Both the position numbers and the translations under genes were made by a program. The notes beneath the pieces were generated by a model. It had not been told where the DNA came from. It saw only the letters and a program-made list of their open reading frames with translations, and did not search any database. Positions 11,101-24,149 of a stretch of DNA of 64,000 bases are shown one piece after another. The stretch is from Dicyema japonicum (Eukaryota > Animalia > Dicyemida), in contig RDEW01000029.1 of assembly GCA_011109175.1 (NCBI GenBank), positions 406,158-470,157 of the forward strand, in the 5' to 3' direction. How positions within the stretch are numbered: the stretch's first letter is position 1; the number at the start of each line of letters is the position of its first letter.

Positions 11101-12860
11101 ATAATTAATGGACTTGGAAATATTGTTTGGTCACTATTGAAGCTCAAGAAGGCCACAGTCGGCCACGTCTATTAATAAAAAATAGACTTGCTATCGGAAA
11201 CACAAAAAATTTAGAGACTCCGGAATACAAAAAGGAACTCTATCCTGTGGAACATAAAGAAAAGAGTACGCTTGAACAGTACGCAGAGGAGGTTTAGGAA
11301 CTTAATTTTGGCTTGAAAATGTCGAGAGCAATCCGGTCTTTAAACAGAGCGGAATGATTGTGAATGACAAGAATGGAAAACGAATACTAGAAAAAAAAGA
11401 GGTTGCAGAGAATATTGCTGATCACTTTGAGTCGATCTTCAAGAGTGACGACGAATGCATAACTCAATTTGTTCGACACCCCAGATCTTTGACTACGCCA
11501 ATTACTGTGGCGGAGATACAAACGGCTCTGCGAAAGCTGAACAACAACAGGAGTCCGTGCATTAAAGGTTCAACGGGGAACTTCTGAAACATTCGTCGTT
11601 CTCACTGGCCTATCACCTATGCAGCAGGCCATACGACATTTTTATGAATCACGTGCCTGTCCCACTAGGGCAGGGAATTCTGATACCTATACAGAAACCT
11701 GGGAAGCCGGTTGGACCGGTAGAAAATCTCAGATCTATAATCCTTCTAACAACTTTACGGAATCTACTATTCCCAATTATTCTGGATAGGATTTCTTCTA
11801 CTGCTGGCGAATATCTATCTTTTGGCCAAAGTGGATTCAGAAGAAAAAGTTCCAGAGTAGATATCGTTTGGACACATATATGGATATATACCATGACGCA
11901 GAGATTCCAGAAAACTGTTCATATAATGGGGATTAATCTCTTCCGAGCGTTCGCTAATTTATGCAGAGAGAAACTAATGTTGTTACTTGGTACGTTGCTG
12001 GACGGTTCAGAGCGATACCGTAATTTTGAGACACATATTGGCACTCATCAAGGAGATTCTTTATCGTCACTACTATCTGTTGTCTATCTGGAAGCTCGGC
12101 AACAACGAGACAATACTGGCCGATTTCGATTACAAAGCTAATTTACGCGGAAAACGTAGACTTTGTTTCGGACTACATAAAAGTGAGTCCAAATCATGCT
12201 CCCGGAGCATTCGCAGTATGGTCTCTGAAAATGAACGAACAAAAGACGGAGGTCACTACTGTTAAAAGAGAAACTTAATTGAAAGATGAGAAATGGAGAA
12301 CAAAGAAAGTCGGCTCACCACTCTGTGATTGGGAAGATGTTCACAGCAAAAATGCATCTATTTTGCCTATTTTGCTGTACAACCTCAGGAACGTCGGGTT
12401 TGAGTCATATTTGCACTGAAAGTTTGAATGCTTTTCACAGAAAATAACAGAATCCCTATTGTATGTTGTCCGAAAGGAACAAACCATCGTTCAGAGGAAG
12501 ACCCAGAGTGGAAGCTACCAGAACCTATACACTATCGGTAAACCTGAAAGCTCGGGGACCACAATAAGAAACACTCGATGGGAATTATTTTGACATATTT
12601 TGAGAATGGATTATGCTTCTCCCGCGAATGACATCATGGATTCGTATTTCCTACGTACCCGCCTATTTCGGATCAGGCTACGGCCAACGCTTCCACTGAC
12701 AATAAACAATGACATAAAAAATATCAAAATGCGATTGGAAAATGCTGATGACTTAACGTCTTTTGAAAAATCGCAATCACAAGATCGTGGAGGCGTCTGT
12801 ATGCAAAGATTATCCAAGGTGCGGCACAAGTGACGTCAATGTATTAAGTTTCTTACAAAT
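11100..12860 (+). mobile_element. Decayed RTE LINE (RT region)
   Basis: GILIPIQKPGK..ENLRSIILL, GQSGFR and GTHQGDSLSSLL are paralogous to the 26961-28712 RTE. Confidence 0.85.
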
Positions 12861-12899
12861 GTGCATAATAATAATATTTTTCGAAAACGAAGCTCTTCG

Positions 12900-13340
12900 A
12901 TCCGCAAGCAAGGTACCAGATCAGCAGTCATAATGGGTCATTGCTCTTGCTTTTGTAATTACAGAGGGGGAGGAATAGGACTGAAAACAAAAGGAGTGAA
13001 AAGGAAGAGTCTGGTCCAACCCATTTGTTGTTCCAAGTGAGATTGCTTTGACTTAAGTAACATCGTCGTCTCCCAAGATATTCTTCCCCAATAAAGTGAT
13101 GTCCACACATTTAAGGTCTTTCCGATATAAAATTAGTAGCCACCATTTCGCTTCTTCTTCCGGTTAGTCCGTATTAACTTGTATCCAGGGAACCTCGGGG
13201 TAGGACTGTTTACAGGGAGTTCCGTATTGAATCAAAGCCACGTAGATCTTCAGCTCCACCAGGAGAGACCGCAGTTCTAATATTTTGTCCCTTACTCCAT
13301 TGACTTTTAGTTATAGAATCGTGGTCCGTTTCTTGCCGTG
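12900..13340 (-). mobile_element. I/Ingi-like APE fragment, interrupted by the hAT element
   Basis: TIL*LKVNGVRDKILELRSLLVELKIYVALIQ matches the APE start at 2.26 kb and 63.3 kb. A leader-like gccgtcatg lies on the other side of the hAT (~16678-16686). Confidence 0.7.
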
Positions 13341-13599
13341 GGCTAGGGCAGGGGTCGGCAACCGTGGCTCTTTGAGTTTTTTTAGACATTTTAATTCAAA
13401 GCATGGTGACTTTCTCAAGAAAATTAGGGATGCACAAAAACTAGCTGTGAAGAACTCCAAAAATTTCAAAATTAAAAGTTCAGCATTTAATTATTGTAAG
13501 CAGTCTGCGAAGACTACTAGTATTGGAAGTTTCGTGGTCAGTCATGAGATTGCAAAAATGGGAAAACATCACCGATGGTGAATATATTGGTTGAAGTGG

Positions 13600-13860
13600 T
13601 GACGTGCTTCTGTTTTTTCCCGGAAAAATTATGTCTTTATCATGCTTAGATTCAAACTCCTTGTTCACCATCGCCACATACAACTTTCGAGGTCTCTCTT
13701 CTCTATTCGAGAAGAAACAACTATCTAAAGATCTGTCACGTTACAAAATTGACATCTGTTGCTTACAAGAGACAAAGAATGCCTTTGAATACAAAGGAAC
13801 CTTTGGAAACTACCGAATTATCTTACTACCATCAGACAATCGTCATAACCCCGTAATATG
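13600..13860 (+). mobile_element. RTE APE N-terminal fragment
   Basis: TIATYNFRGL..LSRYKIDICCLQETK..YRIILLPSDNRH. Confidence 0.7.
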
Positions 13861-14298
13861 AGAATTATCGGAACAGCACAAGGAAACACGTTAGAAACTG
13901 GGAAGTTCAAACGATCGAATGACCTCTGGCACAAATATTTGACGATGAGGCTACTGAAATTGAAAACTGTCAGTATGGAAGACGAATGTGGACGAAGATG
14001 GCGAGGAGGATGGCTGTAAAGTATGGCTCAAGCGAAACCCTTTTAAGGCTACGCGAAGGAGCTTTTAACTAACTAAGATGGTGAATACATCCTATTTTCT
14101 AAAATTGTCACAACAACTATTCTAAAATTTTACGAATAAAACAGGGATTTTAAATCAAATAAAATACACCGTTATCGGTAAAAACAATTGCAAACTAATA
14201 GGATATCTTGCAATGTGACGATGCAACAAGCTGATAACCTTAAAATAGCTTCTGCAATTTCACTATTGGCGAAGGAAGTGCAATATCTCATTAAATAT

Positions 14299-16503
14299 TA
14301 TTATCATTACCCCCAGGATCACTGGGTCAAAGAGAAAGAAATAAAAGTTCTCATCTAACTAAGTGATCCCAGACCGACAAAGGTGAGGACGAGTCCGGTG
14401 GGGTCAAGAATCCTGAACAGCTTTTCTCATTGGACATGGCATCGGCTCAAAATTTCTGTATGATTGTAGATAATTCGATAGTATTTGGAATAGAGGGCAG
14501 CTCGGTAGAATAGCCTCCTTTAATAGTTTCCGTTGTAGTTCGATTAAAAAGTTTTTCAATAGGTTGGATATTGTGATCTGGTCCAATTAACTTTATTGCA
14601 GTCTCCTCGATTGCAGATAATTTCAATGTGGAAGATCGTGACATTTGCATTGCCCATGAAGGACTTGCATACGTCATCGTTGGTCTGATAAATTGTTTGT
14701 AAATCGTGGCAAGGATCCCAGTTTGATCTCTAAGTGTTTTGAGAGCACTTTTAAAATTCTCATTTTTTTCAGAGCAGAAGTTACTTTGTTTTCAACATGC
14801 CGGATAAAGGTGAGTCCCTGATCAAAGGTTACTCCCAGAATCTTCGGTGTTTTGTCAATAGAGATAGCTTCGTTCTTCATAAAGACTTTTGGTTCGATAC
14901 AGAGCTGTCTCTTGTAGGTGGTAAACAGTGTGACAAAATACTTTGCTGCTGTTGTGTCAAGTCTCCGCTTCGAGAGCCATAGTTCCAAGTTGTCGAGCAT
15001 TTGTTGAGCCAACTGAGTCGCTGATTGAATGCTTCTGTTCTTGGAAGCAAAAATGATATCGTCGGCATAGGAGAGGATTAGACAGTTTTCATTACAGGTT
15101 TGTGGCATGTCGTTTATGTAGAGATTGAAAAGTAGGGGTGATAGTGGGGAGCCTTGAGGGACTCCATTTGGGAAATAGCGAGATCTTGATTTGATGTTGT
15201 TGCAGAGTACTTGTGCTCGTCTTCCATTTAGGAAGTTTCCAAGACAAAGTTTCAGATTCGGATGGATGTTGGTTTCGTATATTTTCTTTGTTAGGAGTTT
15301 CCTGGGGACTGAGTCGAACGCTTTTGTGATGTCCACGGATATAAGTACTGTCTTCTGATGTGGTTCGGGGGAGTTAAATCCTTCCGCAATGAATTGTGTG
15401 AAAGTTGTAAGGTGTGTTGTCGTCGAATGGTTGTCCCGGAATCCGTGCTGGGTCGGAGGTTTTGAGATTGAGTCTTGTATTTTTTCCAAAACAAGATTTT
15501 CAAGGATCCTTGAGACCGGACTTAGAATAGATATTGGGCGATAGGAAGATGGTTCATCTATTGGTTTGTTGGGTTTTCGGATAGGTCTGATTAGAGACTT
15601 CTTTCATATTTCAGGGATTGTATTTGTGTTAATGGAAAGGTTGAAGGTATAGGCTAATAGTTCCAGGGCTCGATGGCCTAGGTGCTTCAGTTCACATGTG
15701 GTTATGTTGTCTGGCCCTTTGGCCTCTGAGTTGTTGGCCTTAGATATGGCTCTGAGAACATCCTGACTAGTAAATAGGATCCAGTCATCGGAGCGTTTCG
15801 GTTCAATCTTTTTCAGGAATACTTGGTGTTCTTTTGAAAACTTTCTGTAGGATATAGATGTGTAATATTTTATCAGAGTGTCTGGTTTTATGTAGACTTC
15901 GACTTTTCTCTCTGGGGAGGGTCTATTGATGTTTTTGATCAACTTCCACACTCTTTGCATTGGGGGGTTTTTGTAGAGAGCTTTCGATAGTCTCGTCCAT
16001 CTATTTGCATTTTCTGTCTTTATGTTGTTGTCGATCTCTCTGTTCAATTCTCGTATTTTCTTGATGTTTTCTTCTGTTGGCGATTTTACCATCTTAAGAT
16101 TATTTCGTTCTCTGATCAGATGTTTCGTGTTGTGTTAAAACGTTTTGATGACGTTGGTTGTCTCCCCATATGAATGTACTTCTTTTTCGCATCGTTTATA
16201 ATGGAGTTGAACCATTTCACTAATTGTTCGACGGAGGGAAAAGTGGGGAAATTTAATAGTCCAATACAATTATCGACGTATTCATTGAATCCTTTCCAAT
16301 TCGCAAGGCTGTAGTTAGTTATCGTTGGGCATTGTCCTTTTATCCGTGACCTTGTTTTGACCTCCAAAAATATTTGGTTGTGGTCACTACTGGTGTCATA
16401 CTTCACTGACCAGTCAATAAGTGGGGCCAAGGACGGTGATGACAATGAGATGTCGATAAAAGAAGGTTTGACAATGAGATGTCGATAGAAGAACCCTAAC
16501 CCT
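14299..16503 (-). mobile_element. 5'-truncated I/Ingi-like LINE (APE end, linker, RT, 3' UTR) nested in the hAT
   Basis: QHGFR, VDITKAFDSV, GVPQGSPLSPLLFNLY, YADD and KILGVTFD. Candidate TSD ATTAAATAT at 14290-14298 and 16504-16512. Confidence 0.9.
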
Positions 16504-17083
16504 ATTAAATATACTATTGTAGATAAGGCGACTGAAAAAAAAGTTGGGGATAGAATAAACTTTAAAAAGTGGCTCTTCAATTTTTTAATTGCTAAAAACC
16601 AAAAATTGGCTCTTTGGCTTAGAAGGTTGCCGACCACTGGGCTAGGGGATCCTTCTGGGTACTTGAGACTGAAATAGCATGACGGCAGGAGACTGTATCC
16701 TCGTATGTAAATGTTTAATGGTTCACTTTGGAGGAACATTAAATGCCCTCTAGGCATTACTAATAATTACAAAATTGGTGAGCCACATAGCGCCACAAAT
16801 AAATTTAAATAAATTTTTAGCAATGTGCATCGAAAAACCTAATGTTTGTTCCAAAGGATTTCTCTGTTAGATGTCAGGGGAAACATCCATTCTATCAGCT
16901 GGATTATTTTAAAGTCTTGTTCTGTAATAAAATTTTTTTTAATTAAAATTACATTTTGAAATATTCAGATTAAAGTGTGATCAAAAAATTATAAGATGCT
17001 ACTGACTCGGATCATTTAACTTGTCCTGAATAACCGATTACTTGACAAAATCACTTAATCTCCAATGAGAAAACAATAGTCAG

Positions 17084-18913
17084 CTAATAATCACAAATTA
17101 TCATAAAAAGATGGGGACAGCATAAATTTTGCAATACGTTCCAACTCCTCAGATGTGGGCACGTGTTTTCCATAGTTAATGGGAGTGTAGGGCTGGAATA
17201 ACTAGATAATATACCATTAGAATAGCCAAAATGTGGTTAATAAAATCCTGTCGCTGTTGTCCATCAGTAAAATACAAATCCACCATTCTAACAAAACTTT
17301 TGTTTTTCTCATGAACCCAACTCACAGAAATACTCGAATCATAGTTTCTTCTGGGTAAGTGTAATCTCCTAATATCCGTCTCCAACAGAAAATTAGGGGA
17401 TTCCTAAACTAAATAAAATACCAACGTTGTTCCCAATCATGATAACATGACCAATTATTTCAACATTCCCCACAAACTCCAAATTGTCATTGTCCACAGT
17501 CTTATAGGAGATAACAACGTCGGGGAAAAATAATGAGACTGAGTCCAGATTGATCACCCTTTCGCAATCCTCCACCAGACTCATCAGACTAACATAATTT
17601 TGTCTGTATTCCAGCAAAATTCTGAGTAATTCAACGTTATTGTACATAAAATCCATACAAACCGACAGACAAAGCAAGTACTTTTCAACCACAACAACAA
17701 TGTTAGTCACGTAGGACTAAATTGAATAAAAAACCAACTTTTCTGCCAGCGTAAAACTCTCTGATTAGTGGAAACAACTGATAGGCAGTTTTGTTAATCC
17801 AACATAATTGTTCCTACAATAAGAAAGTACATACTCTTATTTTATTGAATTCATCAAACTCAGATGACATCAACATTTTAAATATTCCTGTCTTGGGGGA
17901 TAGAATAAACTTTTTATAGTATAATTTTGCATTTCTGTCCCTTCTTGGAGAGTTCACTTGAGGAGACTCATAATAGTCTGAAAAATTCTCAGTAAATGAG
18001 GCTTGTAAAAATGTGTCATGTTCATTGTGTTGAGTGGTAACTGGAATTCTTTCAGACCCAAAGGTAGGCTTCATTGACTCGGTGTGTTCTAAATTTACTG
18101 AATCAAATAATTCAGCTGGAGACTTGCGACTATTTTGAAGAGGTGGTCCACCAAATCCCTTTACTTCTGTGGAGTTTTGAAAGTTATGATCTAGATATTT
18201 TTGCCAAGAAAATTCTTGTTCCTTGTCAATAAACTTTTGGTGGTCAATTTCGGAAATAAAAGATTTCTGATGGTGCAATACATTACATTTTAAGTCTCCA
18301 AGTTTTTTAGAGATATCACTGAGGTTCTCCTGAACTTCTCTCACATGTAGGTCTTTCATTTCCTCCATCATCTTAATAAGGCAATCATTATCAGACTCAA
18401 TATTGTTTATTCGATCAGAATTCGCATTCACGCGCTTTCCCAGTTCCTCTAGTCTTTCAGCCATCTAAATATGACAGAAGAGTACTGAATGAATTCCTAA
18501 AGTCTGATTATACATGATTTTGGAGAATAGTTCAAACTGTTGTATCATTGACTGCTGGAAAGCATAGTTCTGTTTAACTTCTTCGTTCTTGTTCCTTAAG
18601 AGAAGGGTCATGGCGTCCTGCAAGGAATTGAGGCTGCAAGCTATTTCGTGTAATGAGTATTCTTGAGGTTTTTGGCTTAGGGAAGTAACTTCTTTAGTCA
18701 GGTCCCTTATTTTCGAATTGAGAAGGTCAAATGAAAAGTCTAGACTGTCGATGGCCTGGCAAATCATAAATCATAATAAACCATCAATTGTGGGAGTTTT
18801 TCTGAGATCTTGGTGTTTATTATTTTTGATATTTGGGCTAAATAAAAATTACTCATAATTTCGTCTTTCTTTGGTTTTGAAAAACCTGACTTGCCGACAT
18901 CACCACGATTCAT
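17084..18913 (-). CDS. Uncharacterised multi-exon protein: N-terminal coiled coil, S/T-rich linker, globular C-terminus
   Basis: ORF-track pieces 18465-18767, 17814-18464, 17393-17710 and 17176-17385 are joined by 21-26 nt GT-AG introns (e.g. gtactcttctgtcatatttag, gtatgtactttcttattgtag, gttggttttttattcaatttag). Start and stop are approximate. Confidence 0.75.
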
Positions 18914-19019
18914 TATAAATTTTATTTTTTAAGCTTTTAATTTTAAATTTAATAAGCATAAATTATAATTTATATAACAATACGTATTAATATATCTAAT
19001 TAAGAATTTAACCCTGATC

Positions 19020-19490
19020 GTCGGTAATCTCTCTCCTTCTCTTAGAAGAATAGTTTGCTGCTAATTTCCTTTTCTTCATCTCCATATTAATATCTGTCAT
19101 TATATCTTCGTTCAGTCGAGTGTCTTCACGACATACCAGTTCCACATGTTGGGAGGGGGGAGGTAGCAGACGCGTACTCTATACCTTCATCCCATGCTTA
19201 TGTTCAATGAGCATACTTTCGAGCAATCTCTTTAGCACAACCGATTGGTCCTCGTTGATTTTTCAATAGATAATTTATTCATATGATTTTTGAAGCATCT
19301 TGAGACAACTCCATCCCATGTCAAAACCACTGTAATAATCTTCACTTGGCATTCATAGAGTAGCGAGAGTTCATTTGAGAACAAGTCATATTTGTTAAGT
19401 TTCTCAACTTGCTTTAGTCGGTCTTGTGAGGTAATCCCCAGTTCGATTAAGGTTCTTTCTTTAGTTGTCATAAACAAAAATATCAGGTTT
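19020..19490 (-). mobile_element. R4/Dong-like RLE endonuclease 3' remnant
   Basis: [41 protein letters not shown]. Confidence 0.8.
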
Positions 19491-19799
19491 ATTAAATTGG
19501 ACTTTTGTCTCTGTCATAATCGACATGTCAACTTTGATTTCGACACTTTGAGTCGTTAATATTGACTAAACCGAATGTCCTTTTAACTTCCTGCTTCATT
19601 TGATTCCATAAACTTGATGAAGATGAAGATGAATACACTTTACCACTTCATTATGTCTTCGGAGATAATCACTGTTTAGTATTTTACCACACTGAGTGGC
19701 CAAATGATCGACAGTTTTCGTGCTTTTTGCAATGGTTGCATAATGACCCCGTGTGTGCTAAAAACAATTCCTATCTTGCAGAAGACATTACAATGCTTC

Positions 19800-20690
19800 G
19801 CTCCGTGGGCCGTTAGACACAATGAACATCTTCAATTAATGGCAGAAAAAAATGCAAGTTAGTTTTAGCAGCAATATTCCCAACGATGAGATTCTTAGTA
19901 CGGAAACAAATCCTGAGGACCTTCCTACTGATTTGATGGAAGAAATACACGAAGTAGGAAATTTGGCTCCAGGGCTGCATGAACCACCTGAGGTTAGTGG
20001 TGGACCACAACGGCGTTTACCTGACCATCTACTGCCTCTGAGGACAGTGATCGCCAGTGTTTGTCACAATGACAAGTGGAAGTGGATGAGTGAAGTAGTC
20101 GGTTGTTCAGAATCTAGAATTGGGAGGATTCCTCGTGGTGGCTATCATTGATTGCCGACATTTTTAATGAGAGGTTTTCAACCAACGAGAACATTTCAAA
20201 TGTCAAGAAATTTCTTAAGGGGAAACTACTAACAAGAATAGTTTTGAATTTGGGAAGTTTCCTACAAAGGAGATTGTGACTAATGGTCCCATAATAGAAA
20301 TTCGTATATATGGAAAGTTTGTAAAGATTCAAATCAAAATTGTTCTCACCATTCCATGGGATGCGAAGGCTCCGACACGGAAAATCCCTTTGAGGCTGTT
20401 CAAAAGGGAAGTGCTTACTTGACTGAATGCAGCTATTGCACATTACACGATTGTCCTCAACCTGTAGAAAAGAAAGGACAGACAACGGGCATATGACATT
20501 CTAACATGGAAGTTACATAAAGTAAATGGATGGAGAATACTGAAAAGAGGATAGTCGTATTTAAGGAAAATCTGTTTAATGACTTTGAAGGCTACAGTAA
20601 TGATGATAAGGAAAAAATGATAAATATACTTCTTATGGATGTAATAAATACAAGTAGTTTCAGTCATTAATAACAAAATTAGAGTACTCG
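19800..20690 (-). CDS. Possible intron-rich gene or pseudogene, product unknown
   Basis: Several host-like introns on the minus strand (gtaagcacttcccttttgaacag, gttgtctgtcctttcttttctacag). Partial splice gives YPLFKCHMPVEDNRVMCNSC. A full frame could not be resolved. Confidence 0.3.
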
Positions 20691-20929
20691 AAAAAAGACT
20701 AATAATTCATGAATCGAGGGGAGCATCCAGAAAAAATAATTATGGATTTAAATTAAACAGGAAATTCTATCATAGTCTTACCGGCGTACTCTGTGTGAAG
20801 TAAGAAAAGATGATTGTGATCTTTTTGAAAAAATGTGGAAGAAAGTTGAAAGTCAAATCTTTTAACATTGTCAGAAAATTTATAAATGGGGTGGCCTAAA
20901 AATGACATTTTATGTAAAAAAACCACCAA

Positions 20930-22450
20930 AGAGAAAATCACTTTAGGGCAGTTGAAGATCAATGGGGTAAATGGAAGATCAGGAAACTCCGCTCACTCTT
21001 GGAAAGTCAGAAGATCTAGTGGTTATGCTTCAAGAGTCCAAACTTATTTTAAACGACCCTATCCCTACATTCCCCGGATACAAGGCTATCAGGATGGACC
21101 GTAAGGAGAAAAGAGATGGAGGTCTGTTCACTTTATTAAAAAAACCTGAGATGCAGAGACATCTTCTTGTAGGTCAGGAAACTTGTTGGGGATTATGAGG
21201 TTACCGAAACAATTAGAATCTCGCTCGGAAAAACGAAACAAAACTATGACTTATGAATATCTACGTTCCTTCACCTGGTTCCTGCCCGAAGACCTATGTT
21301 ATGCTAAACCTATCAAGAATGACTTCCTTCGATGAGATCATCATCTGTGGTATCTGAATGCGAAGTACTCCTTATGGCTGTCAACTCAACTAGGCGACAT
21401 TAAAGGAAACTATTGTTATCGCCTAGCCTACGCAACAATCAGCTCCTCGTCAGTTTCATCGATAATTACTGGTCAGTCATCAATGAAACAAGAAATGATC
21501 GCAATCCGATTGTAACGAAGATCAAGAGAGATGCAAACGTCAGAAGAATTATTACAAGTGAGGCTATTCGAGATGAAGAAATTTAACTGAACAGGATAAC
21601 ATTCAAGAGATGTGAACAACTTGATAGAATTCTACACGAAAAATTCGTAAAAAGAGCACTGCAAGTTGAATGCACTCTTATCACACAGAAAATTGAAAAG
21701 AGTGTAATATCCGCTCCACTTGTCGGAGAAAGATGTGAAGGATGCAGTACGTTTCATAAGAACAATATACTCTCACAGTCCTGATAACATTCCAGTCATC
21801 CTATTAAAGAATCTTGGAGATGTGAGAGTTAGCTTCCTAACTTGGATATTAAACTATTCGATTAATCAAAATGATACCGTTAATCTGGAAACAGACACAT
21901 ATTTGGCCAATACTGAAAGCTGGAACACCAAATGATAATCCAGAATCATCTAGACTTGTGTCTCTACTAAGTTTCATATCTAAAATCCTGGATGGCTCGG
22001 GATAATAAAAGAGTTCTTACCAGATAGGCCTTTTTAGCACGGATTCAAAAACATATATCCACTTATAAACATTGTGACAGATTTCGTTCGAAATGGATTT
22101 TTAAATGAACCGAGAAATTTGAAAACAGTGCTATTCTCATTTGATATAGGCGTTCGAATTAGTTTCGAGGAAGATTTTATCCAATAATATATTTTAATAG
22201 GAGATCACAGTGAAGCTCCCTCAAGGATCTCCGTTATCTTCTGCCTGTTTAACCTTCACGGAAAGTACATCGAGGCATGTTTCTCATATGCCTGCGCCTC
22301 GTGGGGCACTCCATATCTTGGACAAACATGAGGAAGATCGAGAAAATGCGAAAGAGGGCTTTCTGAGTAGCGGAGCGTTGTATCTTTTGAGAACAACGAA
22401 CGGACCATTCCTATTGAAACCCCTATGAGTCCAGACTCCAGAATGCAGTC
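20930..22450 (+). mobile_element. Heavily decayed I/Ingi-like LINE (APE + RT pieces)
   Basis: LVMLQESKL..PTFPGYKAIRMDR..DGGLFTL, and KLPQGSPLS. Confidence 0.65.
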
Positions 22451-22765
22451 AGATAAATTCAATCACGGGAACGAGGGAACAACATCTTGAGGTCACGAAT
22501 GAAACGCATCAGGATCACGTGATAATTAATTTGGTTTGCCGTTGTCATAGATGTTAAAAAAGAAGTGACATCGTTGATTTCAGTAACATCGTCGTCTCCC
22601 TGTGTTAAGAATCTTCTCAGTCTTTCATAAAATTGAGGGAAAAAAAACACAAGATTTCAACAAATTAACCACGTAGCACCGGATGGCAGCACTCGGCTAA
22701 AAATGATTATTTTATATTTAATAAAATTAATTTATTTTATATTTTAAATTTTTATTGTTGGACAC

Positions 22766-23979
22766 ATGTTAACTGCGACATATAAATATAAAAGTATAGT
22801 CATTAAATTATTTGGTTTCCACGTACAAATGCTTTATTGTTGTCAGAAACATTACCTCAAAGATGCCCCAATTACAGCAGCAAATATCTGCCATAATTAA
22901 CCACGAGTTGAGTCAATGTTCTGAAGGAATGAAAGAATCGTCGCTTTATTATTTCTTAAATGGAGGCAAAAGGATCAGATCCCGACTTACTTGTTTGGTC
23001 TCCAATATTTGCAACAGTCATTCAGAGTTGTTCCATCAGTTTATTTAGCCATTCAATTATCATAAATGAACACCAACTGAGTATTGCTGCCATTGTGGAG
23101 ATGATACATTCGGCTTCTCTCACTCATGATGATGTCATTGATATGAGTGAGGTACGCCGGAATAAAATAACACTCCCCAAAATTGTGGGGGATTATAAAG
23201 TAGACACAAGTGGTTGTTTGCAGTCGATTTTGGTAGGAAACTTTATTCTCTCACGTGCGTCAATGATTCTTGGGAGAATAAGGAGGCCCGACGTGACTGT
23301 TGTCCTTTCCAAAGTTATCAATGACCTTGTTATGGGTACTAAGACTTTAATATGTAGGGGAACTTGGCCAGATTGGGAATAAAAACAAATCGTTTGATAA
23401 TTACGATGAAATGTTGGAAGAGTATGTAGATACAATATATAAAAAGACAGCCTCTCTGTTTGCTAACAGTTTCAAAGCAGTTTGATATATTTTTGTGTTA
23501 ATTTAGGTCGCTCTTTTGTCCGGTCATCCAAAAATTGATAGAATCTCAGAAATTGCATACGAATTCGGAAAAAACTACGGACTGGCATTTCAGGCTTGTA
23601 TTTTACTTAATTTAGATAATTGACGATCTCCTTGATTTTACCTCTGCCCAAAGTGAACTTGGAAAAAAAACCAACATGGACATCCGCCAGGGATTGATCA
23701 CTGCTCCCATAATATTCGCTGCTAAACAGGTTAGACCCCCTTCTCTATGAAAAGTCAAGTGAAATGCACGCCTTACTTGCTCGTAAATTTTACAAAGTGG
23801 GAGATGTAGAACGTGCAGTAGAAATAATACAAAATGTCAATGTGCTTGATTCTGTTAGAGGATTCGCTGAGAAATTTGCCTCATTGGCTGAGGATGCTGC
23901 CATTAGACTCATTCCTGACTCACAAATGGCCAATTTACTAACGAAATATTGCAAAGATGTTATGGAAAGACGTAGTTGA
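22766..23979 (+). CDS. PDSS1: Trans-prenyltransferase, decaprenyl-diphosphate synthase subunit 1 (COQ1-like); start uncertain
   Basis: GGKRIR, EMIHSASLTHDDVID..RR (FARM), YKKTASLF, GLAFQIIDDLLDF (SARM) and GLITAPIIFA. Introns are 22-27 nt, including a GC-AG intron at 23594-23615. Confidence 0.9.
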
Positions 23980-24149
23980 GTTGTATTATTTAATAATTTT
24001 CTATAAATTAATTTTATTCGAACATAAAAAATAATATTTTAAAATTTAATCCTTTACCCACAAGGAACAGCCTAGTCGTCCGTCTGATCGACTCAAAGGA
24101 TAAAATTATTCAACATCCTCACCAAATAAATTTTTCACTACAAATAGTT

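Larger units (their letters stand above)
13349..16639 (+). mobile_element. hAT (Buster-like) DNA transposon with intact TIRs and an 8-bp TSD; internally deleted and carrying nested insertions
   Basis: Left TIR caggggtcggcaacc (13349-13363) and right TIR ggttgccgaccactg (16625-16639) match at 14/15. TSD GGCTAGGG at 13341-13348 and 16640-16647 (nnnTAnnn). Confidence 0.9.

Noticed and set aside
13595-13624. SGDVLLFFPG as a third 2A-like motif before an RTE APE
   Set aside because: Lacks E-x-N-P-G-P. It could be a decayed copy, but this is not supportable.
19852-20270. Plus-strand resemblance to an M1 aminopeptidase C-terminus (KWKWMSE|NWEDS)
   Set aside because: Similarity is weak and by eye only, upstream domains are absent, and splice signals look better on the minus strand. 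Left unresolved.
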